NCBI GenBank assembly: GCA_002269645.1
Contig: NIVC01001338.1
Coordinates: 186,001 to 250,000, forward strand
Reading direction: 5' to 3'
Origin: Macrostomum lignano
Lineage: Eukaryota
DNA: 64,000 nucleotides
Made by a program: the position numbers and the translations under genes
Shown: positions 39,356 through 52,621 of the stretch, piece by piece
Layout of the letters: every line of letters starts with the position of its first letter
Position numbering within the stretch: the stretch's first letter is position 1
Notes under the pieces: model-generated
Told to the model about the DNA's origin: nothing
Databases searched by the model: none
The model's input: the letters and a program-made list of their open reading frames with translations, nothing else

Positions 39356-42300
39356 CATTCGGGCACACAAAAATACGTCTTACAACCAATATCTACGAGT
39401 TAACGCAAATTGTTACACAGTAAAGCGAGTCACAAATCACATACATGACAGACGTTCAATATTGGTACTTTTTAGACAATTTTGTTTGCATTCTTTTCAA
39501 TATTCACGTGCAGAAATCTGTAGAATTCTTCGCTAAGTCAAACAACCCAGTGTTGCATCGTCCCACTAAATATTGCTTGCATATACTTCAAGTATGCACT
39601 TTGGTAAACCAGGGAAACTGTTAACTAATTTTGTCGAATGAGGGCCAGGTATATACAAATTTACATGTAAAGTAACTTAATTTTTAATTTTAGGACAGGT
39701 ATACTTGTATACCATTTTTGTGTTTTCGGGACCAAGGACCAACTTGATGATACACCTCCATCAATTGAGTAGCGCGATCTGATTTGTGCATATGATTTCT
39801 TCGTCACTTGTGCATTTACATCCGTCTATCCGTCTTCTGCCGGTTAATGGTTCAGTTGATAGCGGTGTAACCGGTGAATCTCTTGCGGGTTAAAATAGAG
39901 TGGAGTGGAGTAGACTAGAGTAGTGGAAGTGGAATACATGTAGAGTGGCGTAGAGTACAGTAAATTTGTAGATCTGAACCTGGGTAGGTCCATGGCAATC
40001 GGTGTTGCACCGTCGGCGACTCCAGCTGGCAGGCCACATCATCCTCGCCATGTCGTACTCTCCACAGACGGTGCAGGAGGGGCTGCTGCTGACGATGCAG
40101 GCGCCATACCGGCGGGGACAGGTAGGCATTTAGCTGCTGGCTGATGCCGACACACACTGTGACGCTGCTCTGATTTTAAGACCTGATTTTGTTGCTGACG
40201 ATGTGATGAGAAGTCGCATTCTGATAGAGTTTGTTACACTTCATCCTGTCACATTCAGCTCGTTCGTCAACCATGCATGTACATACGTATATTTGGTAGC
40301 TAGGCGACTACAGGTAGACCAACATCTATTGATCATCGTCAGTGTTGCATGAGCTAAATGAATTTAGAATTTTCAACTTCTTATGCATTGCAATTACGAA
40401 AACCCAAGGCTGCTATGAAATGACTTATTAATTGCTTCTTTGGTGATGTCACCACGATGTGAAATCTCTTTTTCGAGATTGAAAAATCTCTTGAAATCGA
40501 AATTTCACAACGTTGATATTTTACAAAATCGAAAGGCATACAGCGAGATTCAAACTGTCAATCAAATTAGCTCGTAAATCTGAGATAATTAGATAGTTTA
40601 CCTAGATAATGGAATGTACGAGTATAATTAATAGCTACGGGCTGGACGACTTGGATTAAATATCTAGATGAGGGTGGATAAGATTCGTCGTGAAAGCTAC
40701 CGCGAGTAGTAGTTAAATATACTGCAACAAGAAGTTCAACTTCAGTAGGGAAATTCCTTAATGCTTTGTCGCGTACGCTTAGCGCTGAAGCTCAAATGCT
40801 AAATATAGAAATATGAGTAGAGTCCCTTCAGATTCAACCTCACCTCAGACATTCGACAGAAAAATAATGTATAAATGCCGTAATTGCAAGCAGATTTCTT
40901 TAGCTAGAAGCACTACTTTGTCTTCTTGGCAATGCTTGCATTGTTTATAATAACTGCTGTTTCCCGAAAAGATCTTGGTTAAGTTCATACAAAAAGCCTT
41001 ATTTGTCATCAAACGGTTGGAATTCCGAGCCGACTTTTGGAGCATCGATCGAAATACTCTCCGTGAGTATCATCACTATCAGCATTTTTATTGCAACTTG
41101 TAACGCATTAAATGATAGCTACACATGTAAAGTTATAAGGCAAAGTAAGATAAGACCTAAGACTGAAGACCTAATCGATTTCGTTTAACCACAAGGTAAG
41201 ACAAATTTAAAAGATTCCATAGCGAAGAAGTCTTAGGCTGATGCTCATTCTATAATCCTCAATTGATTACAATATAACTTATCTCCAAGTCTATTTCAAA
41301 TCAATTAAAAAAAATATTCGCAGGACTGCAGACCCTCTAGCACAGCGTCACAACCAGCGCTGGGGCAATTCTGCTCATCTCGCTGATTACATTCCGCGCG
41401 GATACGATAGGCAGGCGAGTACTCATACATGTACACACGCTCACACAGGGTGTACAGCGACCCTGACTTTCTAATCGTCAGGTATGATCACTCTCTGTGC
41501 CTTGGGGGTTATGGCCCTGTGAATCACCCCTTGGTTAATTATTTGTGCCTTGAGGGCTTGAGGATCGGGTTATACATGTATCTGCCAAGCTTGACTCAGA
41601 AAATTAATCTAGTTTTAACATATGACTCGCTGAAGACTACTTAAAGTAAGTTATCGCGCATTTTACAACAGTATGTCTAATTGTCAACTTAGCGTGGGAG
41701 CTTTACAAGCGACAAGTTTCAATTCTGTATTAAACATTTCTAATTTCATTAAGCGATGTCTAATGATAAACTTGCTTATAGAATCTAAATTGCAACTGCG
41801 TAAACAATACACAGTGTTGATTTTTAGCTCTTTAACTAATATGAGTAGAGATTTAGAGCCTGCTCAAAACAGAAAAAAGTATACGCTTTTTTAGGCAGTG
41901 ACGTCATCTAGCTTTGACCAGCCCACTAAAAATGCAGTGCCTTGCTTTCGCATAAGCTCGTATCTAAACTGTACGGCATCACAAGATGTACAGTGTTAGA
42001 GTTACGAGTCTCGGTTTCTATTTTAAAGTAGAGTTGACAAGTACTACAGTATATTCACTGCTTTTGGTTGGCTTTGGTATCTCTATTTTGATTATCATTG
42101 CATATTATAAAGTCTCAGCTGTTAAGTATTGAATTGGCTAGATAACAGCTCAGCGAAGCCACCTCTATTTTTGTTTCAAGTAGCTAACTTAATGATATTG
42201 CGTGTTTTACAGGTACTGTATAATTTTTTCTGCGTAGAACTCTCCCGCAAATACATGCAGTGTAATACTGTACATGTACAAATCTCTCTACTGACCAGCT

Positions 42301-43186
42301 AGTCTTGTTAAACAGTAGGTTCTTGACGTGAACTAACGCTATTTTTCATTTTGCAACAAACCAACTTGTGTCCGCGTCCAATGTAGAATTTACATCGAAT
42401 TCAAAAGTTTGTTGCACATTATGACCAAACCATGTACACTAGTCTAAGTAGCATCACGTGACCCCCCAATATAAGAATCTCGCTGTTCGCGCTGGCTGCT
42501 TCAGCAATTAACTGTCACGGCGTGCACATTCTGCAACCCTTTACTCTTTTAAACTTCACCCCCCCCCCTACAACCCCCGCCAGCCCAAAAGGACAGAGCC
42601 CGGAAAAGAGCGCAACGGCGGAAAGACAGACGACATACACACCATGCCCGAGGTCCGGTCCTGGCGGGGTTGGGGGCTGGGCGGGTGTCGGAAACGAGAG
42701 AGAGAGAGAGGGGTGCAATTAGCAAGACCGAAATGCAAGGCCAGAGAGTGCTGGAGAGAGGTTGCACAGCGGCAAACTGCAATAGAGAATGCAATGATTT
42801 GGTCTCTAGGCTGGAGAGTGGAGACGGACCCAAGCGCCTTGTGACGTGCGTGCGCGCAACTAAAAGGGGGCTAGAAAACTTGCAGATAGAAGACAGCAAC
42901 CCCTCACCCATAGCTCAATTTAGGCAAGAGGTTGGCCGGCCTTTGCTTGATCGAATTGCACTGCAGCACGGTGTTGTTGAATCAATGGCTAATTTTGGTC
43001 GCCAACCCCCCCCCCCGAACCCCACGGCAATATAGTGTGCTTTCCATGTATATAAAATGGAGACGAAATGGAAAAAGCCTTCAATAATATTGCGAAAATA
43101 TCTGCCTCTCTTTCTCCCGTGCCGCGTATTCGGCTTTACTTCTGAGCATTTAATTTGCTAAAGTAAAGTTATAGGCATATAGCTGA

Positions 43187-43882
<696 letters not shown>

Positions 43883-45419
43883 AAATTTGTGAATGGGTTT
43901 TCCTGTGAATGACGCCGATAGCCACAAAACTTATGCGTAACTTCCGATCTGATTGGAGTATGCCCTGCTTTTGTCAGTTCGTTCATTATTATAACTAACA
44001 GTTTGAATTCACGCCAAAATTCGGAAATCATTAAAATCTTATTTTCTTTTACAACGTTTTACTTCTTCATAGTTTTATCTAGCCTATAAAGTAATAAAGA
44101 GTAGAAGTCTATCCGAATATTGATTTCCAAGTTTGGCGCTAATTCAAATTTTTATAATAATTAACGAATGAGACGCGAACATATAGGTGCGTTTGTACAT
44201 GCCCGAGATCAACTGCATGTGATAGCACGTTCATTGCGTTGCCGCGCTTGTTCTTTTTTGCAAAGACTAAAACTCGTGATTATACTAATATTATTTATAA
44301 ATAGGATGTACCAACCGATCCTGGAGCAACTATATGAAACGTACATGTGTACATTGCACTGTACACGCAACGCGTAGCTCGCAACAATCGACGCTCCTCT
44401 GCAGACTGCGTATAAATAATTGCTTTTAAACTTTCAGTAAATTTTGTTATTTTTTATCGAATATCCCTGTTGAAAACAACATATAATTAGCACAACAATA
44501 CATTACGGACTCACTGAACTTACGATTATAAGTGCTCTCTCGAATAATGCTCACTACAAACAACTCAAACATCAGTTGACTTGGAACACTCTCATTGTTT
44601 TGTAGCACATGCCTTACTGTTCTTTTTTACTTTTCTAACCAGCTGCTTTTAGACTCGAATTTCATAAAATTGTGCACATGTGCATGCAGGTGATGCCACG
44701 GTGCAAATTTATTTTGTAGTTTGAGCTGTTTCTACTTGAAACAACAAGCAGACACCTACATGTAACTCTCAGTTAGTTTAGTCTGCAAAAATGTCACTCG
44801 ACATGACAAGCGATCAAGACAAAACATTAGAAAAAGCAAATTATCCGACTTGCCATATTTCTGCTAATGCTTATAAGCAATCCAGTTTTGAGAACAGAAG
44901 GAAGCTGAACACACACACGCCAATCTCCATCAAAAATCTATATTTATGTGACGTGCCCACCATGTGTCGCCAAGTAATTACAGTATGCCTAAAGGATTCA
45001 CATCGCTTCAACCAGAAAATTAACAATCAAATCTGAACAAAACGAAAACAAAATTAATCACATATGGGATTCCAATGCAGCGAGGCTTGGTTTTAATTGC
45101 AAACACAAATATTCAATATAAATATTAACCATAGAATACTATTGCATAATAATATAACAGTAATAATACTTAAGAAGCACAGCTGGGCAGTGTATTGCAA
45201 TATTTTTTTACTGTATGCAAAAAGCAAAACAAGCTGATTAGTACAAAATACAACACCGATTTTGATCAGCACGTGCCGAGGCACCACCAGGGCGCTAGGG
45301 GTTTCGTAGAATTTGAACTCGCATGAAATTGCATGATTAATAAATACGTTGGGCATAGATATGATTATGCTAATGACTGCGGGAGACCAGATGCAAATGA
45401 AATCACAAGGAAAGACGAA

Positions 45420-45455
<36 letters not shown>

Positions 45456-45456
45456 G

Positions 45457-45548
<92 letters not shown>

Positions 45549-45583
45549 GCCAGATAGACAGACAGACAGACAGACAGGCAGGC

Positions 45584-45647
<64 letters not shown>

Positions 45648-45695
45648 GGACGGACAGACAGCCAGATAGACAGACAGACAGACAGACAGGCAGGC

Positions 45696-45726
<31 letters not shown>

Positions 45727-45772
45727 TAGACAGACAGACAGACAGATAGACAGACAGACACTAAGACAGACA
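45420..45772. repeat. (CAGA)n microsatellite
   Basis: Direct reading. Confidence 0.97.
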
Positions 45773-46454
45773 GTCCCGATAAGCAGTAAAACACGGTCAG
45801 TCAGCTACAGGGTCAACTGTAACAAGAGCAGCAACAACAACTAATCGTTTAATTTACAGACGACTCATTGAAAAAGCTCATATTTGAGCAGGTGCCAACA
45901 ATACTACTCGGTACTAATAGACCGGCATGCATCGCTCAATAAGTGGTTAACGGTAAAAGCGGGCATCGGATGCACCAAGCTGATGAGACTGCAGTGGAGA
46001 ATCAATGCGTGCACAGTGGCTAACCAGATTATTAAATAATCAACCAATCATTGCTAACAGATTGAGCCGATAAAATTTTACTATATTGATTGAAATACTA
46101 CTAAAACTGAAAAAAGTAGTATCTACAGACTAAAATGTTAATTGCATTTCATATATTCATATACCCTTAAGTCGAATTCAGATGACAAATTAGATGATAA
46201 TATTAAAGCTAAAATATATTACTTTAGTAAATTTGGAATGCATGGAGAGTGGCATGCGGCTGAGGTATGCGGTAAAACAACGTGAGCTACTCATGATAAA
46301 ATTTTATAGCAGAACAGAATAAATATGATTGAATTCGATTACTTCGAAGACTGACATGAACCCTAGCAATGTAACAGGTACATGTATGATGCTGAAAGTT
46401 GCCATTTGTGAGATTCAAGCCATTGTGGCAACATTCTTCAACTGGATTCTGAGC

Positions 46455-47830
46455 TGCGATTCTCTCAGTGGATTAGGGGCGATTCTCTGGCTGGATTAGG
46501 GGCGATTCTCTCAGTGGATTAGAGGCGATTCTCTAACATAATTAGGGGCGATTCTCTAACAGAATTAGGGGCGATTCTCTAACAGAATTAGGGGCGATTC
46601 TCTAACAGAAATAGGGGCGATTCTCTAACAGGATTAGGGGCGATTCTCTAACAGGATTAGGGGCGATTCTCTAACAGAATTAGGGGTGATTCTCTAACTG
46701 GATTAGGGGTGATTCTCTAACAGGATTAGGGGCGATTCTCTCAGTGGATTAGAGGCGATTCTCTAACAGAATTAGGGGCGATTCTCTAACAGAATTAGGG
46801 GCGATTCTCTAACAGAATTAGGGGCGATTCTCTAACAGAATTAGGGGCGATTCTCTAACAGGATTAGGGGCGATTCTCTAACAGGATTAGGGGCGATTCT
46901 CTAACAGAATTAGGGGTGATTCTCTAACTGGATTAGGGGCGATTCGCTAGCTGGATTAGGGGCGATTCTTTAAGTGGATTAGGGGCGATTCGCTAGCTGG
47001 ATTAGGGGCGATTCTTTAAGTGGATTAGGGGCGATTCTTTAAGTGGATTAGGGGCGATTCGCTAGCTGGATTAGGGGCGATTTCTAACTGGATTAGGGGC
47101 GATTCTCTCAGTGGATTAGGGGCGATTCTCTAACAGGATTAGGGGCGATTCTCTAACAGAATTAGGGGCGATTCTCTAACAGAATTAGGGGCGATTCTCT
47201 AACAGAATTAGGGGCGATTCTCTAACAGGATTAGGGGCGATTCTCTAACAGGATTAGGGGCGATTCTCTAACAGAATTAGGGGTGATTCTCTAACTGGAT
47301 TAGGGGCGATTCGCTAGCTGGATTAGGGGCGATTCTTTAAGTGGATTAGGGGCGATTCGCTAGCTGGATTAGGGGCGATTCTTTAAGTGGATTAGGGGCG
47401 ATTCTTTAAGTGGATTAGGGGCGATTCGCTAGCTGGATTAGGGGCGATTTCTAACTGGATTAGGGGCGATTCTCTCAGTGGATTAGGGGCGATTCTCTAA
47501 CAGGATTAGGGGCGATTCTCTATGTGGATTAGAGGCGATTCTCTCAATGGATTAGAGGCGATTCTCTAACAGGATTAGGGGCGATTCTCTAACAGGATTA
47601 GGGGCGATTCTCTGGCTGGATTAGGGGCGATTCTTTAAGTCGATTAGGGGCGATTCTTTCAGTGGATTAGGGGCGATTCTCTAAGTGGATTAGGAGCGAT
47701 TCTTTAAGTCGATTAGGGGCGATTCTTTAAGTGGATTAGGGGCAATTCTCTAAGTGGATTGGGGGCGATTCTTTCAGTGGATTAGGGGCGATTCTTTCAG
47801 TGGATTAGTGGTGATTTTCTAAGTGGATTA
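46455..47830. repeat. 23-bp satellite (GGATTAGGGGCGATTCTCTAACA), ~60 copies
   Basis: Direct reading. Confidence 0.97.
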
Positions 47831-47969
47831 TAAGTGGAATGAGGGGCGGTTCCTTAGGCATAATAAATGAGCCATGTCCAAGCGAAACTTAGGCCTAAGC
47901 AGACAAATAAGCAGTTACAAAAAGCAAAATTGGACTCAATGAATCAAGACAGCAGACTCAGCAGCGCCA

Positions 47970-50514
47970 TCAGGACAGGACAAACCGGACAGGCGCTCGA
48001 GCCTCATCACCCAGTGAGTTTCCCCGCTTGAGTCGCTTGCCGCCGCTACGCTTCTGTGCTCGACCGGAACTAGTCGATAGGGAGGCCTGCGCCACTGGCC
48101 GCTGGCCAGTAGGTCCAATCAGCTCCAGGCGGTCCGCGCCCTCTCTGCTCAAAGGCACTGGCGATGGCGCCGATGCGGACAATGAGTTGGCGCCGGCCTC
48201 GTGGTTTGACAGCATGGCGCGGATGTCGAAGTAGTACCTGTGCGAATTGGGATTGATGGCGCTAAAGTAGATTAGGTGGCGCCAAAGTGGACTGGGTGGA
48301 CTGGGTGGCGCCAAAGTAGACTGAATGGCGCCAAAGTGAATGTGTGGAGCCAAAGTAGACTGGGTGGCGCCAAAATGGACTGGGTGGCACCAAAGTAGAC
48401 TGGGTGGCGCCAAAGTGGACTGGGTGGACTGGGTGGCGCCAAAGTAGACTGAATGGTGCCAAAGTGAATGTGTGGAGCCAAAGTAGACTGGGTGGCGCCA
48501 AAATAGACTGGGTGGCGCCAAAGTAGACTGGGTGGCGCCAAAGCGGATTAAAAGGCGCTTAAGTAGACTGGGCGGCGCCAAAGTGGATTAGAAGGCGCTT
48601 AAGTAGACTGGGCGGCGCCAAAGTGGATTAGAAGGCGCTAAAGTAGACTGGGTGGCGCTAAAGTAGACTGGGTGGCGCCAAAGTAGACGGGGTGGCGCCA
48701 GAGTGGACTGGGTGGCGCCAGGGTGAATGGGTGGTGCCAAAGTAGACTGGGTGGCGCCAAAGTAGACTGGGTGGCGCCAAAGTGAATGTGTGGCGCCAAA
48801 GTGGACTGGGTGGCGCCAGAGTGAATGGGATGGCGCCAAAGTAGACTGGGTGGCGCCAGAGTGAATGGGGTGGCGCCAAAGTAGGCTGGGTGGCGCCAGA
48901 GTGGATTGGCGCTAAAGTAGACTGGGTGGCGCCAAAGTGAATTTGTGGCGCCAAAGTGGACTGGGTGGCGCCAGAGTGGACTGGGTGGCGCAAAAGCGGA
49001 CTGGGTGGCGCTGAATAGAATCGGGTGACCCAAACTCGCGCGCAAACCCAAAGCAGTTCGCAGTTACTATACCTGGCGTACACTGAGGCGGGCACATTAA
49101 TGTTAAATTGTATCAGCTCCAGGTATTTCCGTTCCAATTCGTTCATATCCTCAACCCTGGCGTCCTTGAGTATCTGGCAGTAGTCAACGTTCCAAACGGC
49201 CTGATCGTCCCACACTTTACTGGCCAGGAGGATGGCGCCAAGGAGGCAGCGGCGCCAGGTGTTTGGCTGCAGTTCGATCTCTGCGGCCGCCATCAGGCGC
49301 TCCAGGTAGACCAGGGAGATGATGGCGCACTCGGCAGTGAGCTGGGCTGAGCAGAACAGAGTGCGGACGAACCTGCCACGGTGCCGAAATCAGTTAAGAA
49401 TTGGGGGCTTCCGGTTTCAACTTTTAATTAGATTTTTTGGCCATCTTATGACCTTCATTTGTGCCTTGATGACCTTTACTTGTGCCCCGATTACCTTAAC
49501 TGCTCCTATGACCTTCATTTGTGCTTCTATGACCTTCTCTTGTGCCCCATGACCTTTACTTGTACCCATACGACCTTCCCTTGTGCTCCTATGACCTTTA
49601 ATTGTGCCCCTATGATCTCCAATTGCTCCTCATGACCTTCATTTGTGCCTTGATGACCTTTACTTGTGCTCCGATTACCTTAACTGCTCCTATGACCTTC
49701 ATTTGTGCTTCTATGACCTTCATTTGTGCTTTTATGACCTTCTTTTGTGCCCCATGACCTTCACTTGTACCCATACGACCTTCAATTGTGCTCCTATGAC
49801 GTTTAATAGTGCCCCTATGATCTCCAATTGCTCCCCATGACCTTCAATTGTGCCACATGACCTTCACTTGTACTAATATACGACCTTCACTTGTGCCCCC
49901 GATGACCTTCACTCGCGCGCCTGCTCGCACCTGTACACAGTCCGATGATCCGGCCGTCGAGTGGCCGCCTCGGCAGCCTCGGCTCCGCGCTGCAGCGGAT
50001 GCCCCAGCTCGTCAAAGATGGCCGCAGCCTCAAAGACTCGATGCTGCTGCTGATGCTGCTGCTGCTGTACATGGTAATAAACGGCCAGAGCCAGGCCTCG
50101 AACCGCCGGCTTGAGCTGCGGCTGCCACACTGTTGAATCGCCTTCGGGCACGATAATATGCGAGCAGGAGCTGCAGGTGCGCAGGCTGGCCCGGCCTAGG
50201 ATAGCTGAGGCCCCAGCAGCCGATGAGGTCATAGCCGCAGGGTTGGTGGGCCTCCGCCGGAGCCCCTTGACAAAAATAGGCTGCACAGTGGGGTTAATAC
50301 TGGGATCCGTGGCGTCTTCAACTGGCTCGCGATCGTTGATGTGCTCAACTCGGGGACTGCCGCTGTTATTGTTGTTGCTGCCCGAGTCCGGCTGGTAATA
50401 ATTCGGCCATTTGCCGTTGCCGCTGAATGTTACGGAGCCGTCTCGGCCGCTGCCGCCACCGCCGCCGCGGCCGCTGCCAGATTTGAATTGGCAGCAGGAG
50501 AGACCGTTGCCCAT
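47970..50514 (-). CDS. CCNY: Cyclin Y; complement(join(47970..48237,49073..49372,49931..50514)), 383 aa
   Basis: MGNGLSCC N-terminus, [55 protein letters not shown]; splice phases 2/2 consistent. Confidence 0.95.
48262..49015. repeat. 20-bp minisatellite (GTAGACTGGGTGGCGCCAAA) in CCNY intron 2
   Basis: Direct reading. Confidence 0.95.
49447..49912. repeat. ~20-bp degenerate minisatellite (ATGACCTTCACTTGTGCCCC) in CCNY intron 1
   Basis: Direct reading; same family at 56035-56335. Confidence 0.9.
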
Positions 50515-50586
50515 GCTCAGTGGCCGCTAGGGGGCTGAGGATTGATGAGATAAGATTGTTTGTTATTAAAGCTGCTTCTTCCGTTA

Positions 50587-50855
50587 AATGCATTGCTTAC
50601 CATAACAACACTGGATAATAGTCTATGGTCTGTCTCACTAGCAACACTGGATAATAGTCTATGGTCTGTCTCACTAGCAACACTGGATAATAGTCTATGG
50701 TCTGTCTCACTAGCAACACTGGATAATAGTCTATGGTCTGTCTCACTAGCAACACTGGATATTAGTCTATGGTCTGTCTCACTAGCAACACTGGATATTA
50801 GTCTTTGGTCTGTCTCACTAGCAACAGTGGATAATAGTCTTTGGTCTGTCTCACA
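50587..50855. repeat. 36-bp minisatellite (CTGGATAATAGTCTATGGTCTGTCTCACTAGCAACA), ~7 copies, just upstream of CCNY
   Basis: Direct reading. Confidence 0.95.
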
Positions 50856-51334
50856 TAGATAGATAGATAGATAGATAAACAGATCGATACGAGCTAGATA
50901 GTCCTTATACTTATTCCCCCTACTTACAGATGTTACTAAGCCAAAACTCAAATCTCTAAGCCAAGAATAAAGCACAAAGGCGGCATTATAAAACTGAAAA
51001 TGGATGAAAATGCAAGGTATATATTACTGCGCATCTTGTTGCATACGCGGTAAAAATATTTCTAAAACACAGGAAGCCATAAAATAGAAATAAATGCACG
51101 CATCTGCTCTTGCAAAGCAGATCAAAACAAATCCGCACTTCTACAGGTAAATAATGGGATACTTTTAAAAATGTCTTAATAAACAAAATAGCAACCAGGA
51201 CAAAATTTTATCACTGCGTGTGTAAAATACAGATACAATAACGAAATGCAACCACTTCATAGTGACGTCATAAAATAAGCGGAGTGATTTACAGAAGATA
51301 AGCTTTCTTTCATCCTTCATTTCTTTTTGTTCTC

Positions 51335-52500
51335 CCTACTCTCTATCTCACCATATCTCTCTGTCGTCTATCTCACCATATCTCTCTGTCGTCTATCTCA
51401 CCCTATCTCTCACTGTCGTCTATCTCACCTTATATCTCTCTCGTCTATCTCACCCTATCTCTCTGTCGTCTATCTCACCCTATCTCTATGTCGTCTATCT
51501 CACCCTATCTCTCACTGTCGTCTATCTCACCCTATCTCTCACTGTCGTCTATCTCACCCTATATCTCTCTCGTCTATCTCACCCTATCTCTCACTGTCGT
51601 CTATCTCACCCTATCTCTCACTGTCGTCTATCTCACACTATATCTCTCTCGTCTATCTCACCCTATCTCTCTCTGTCGTCTATCTCACCCTATCTCTCAC
51701 TGTCGTCTATCTCACCCTATCTCTCACTGTCGTCTATCTCACCCTATATCTCTCTCGTCTATCTCACCCTATCTCTCTCTGTCGTCTATCTCACCCTATC
51801 TCTCACTGTCGTCTATCTCACCCTATATCTCTCTCGTCTATCTCACCCTATCTCTCTCTGTCGTCTATCTCACCCTATCTCTCACTGTCGTCTATCTCAC
51901 CCTATATCTCTCTCGTCTATCTCACCCTATCTCTCTCTGTCGTCTATCTCACCCTATCTCTCACTGTCGTCTACCTCACCCTATATCTCTCTCGTCTATC
52001 TCACCCTATCTCTCTCTGTCGTCTATCTCACCCTATCTCTCACTGTCGTCTATCTCACCCTATATCTCTCTCGTCTATCTCACCCTATCTCTCTCTGTCG
52101 TCTATCTCACCCTATCTCTCACTGTCGTCTATCTCACCCTATCTCTCACTGTCGTCTATCTCACCCTATATCTCTCTCGTCTATCTCACCCTATCTCTCA
52201 CTGTCGTCTATCTCCCCCTATATCTCTCTCGTCTATCTCACCCTATCTCTCTCTCTCGTCTATCTCATTCTATCTCTCTCGTTTATCTCACCATATATCT
52301 CTCGTCTATCTCACCCTATCTCTCTCTCTCGTCTATCTCACACTCTCTCTCTTTTTTCTCACCCACTTTCTTATCTATCTCACCCACTCTCTGCAGTCTA
52401 TCTCACCCACTCTCATCTATTTCACCCACATTCTCCAGTCTATCTCACACACTCTCTCGTCTATCGCACCCACTCACTCTCTCCAGTCTATCTCAACCTG
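51335..52500. repeat. TCTATCTCACCCTATCTCTC-based compound minisatellite between USP8 and CCNY
   Basis: Direct reading. Confidence 0.95.
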
Positions 52501-52621
52501 GTCTATTTCTGATTTATCTCATTATCTCGCAACTCCTATCTCACTTACCCAAATCGGCTAAAATTTACCCAAGAAAACAGACAGTTAAGCGCAAAACTAA
52601 TTTAAAAAAAAATCGAATCTT

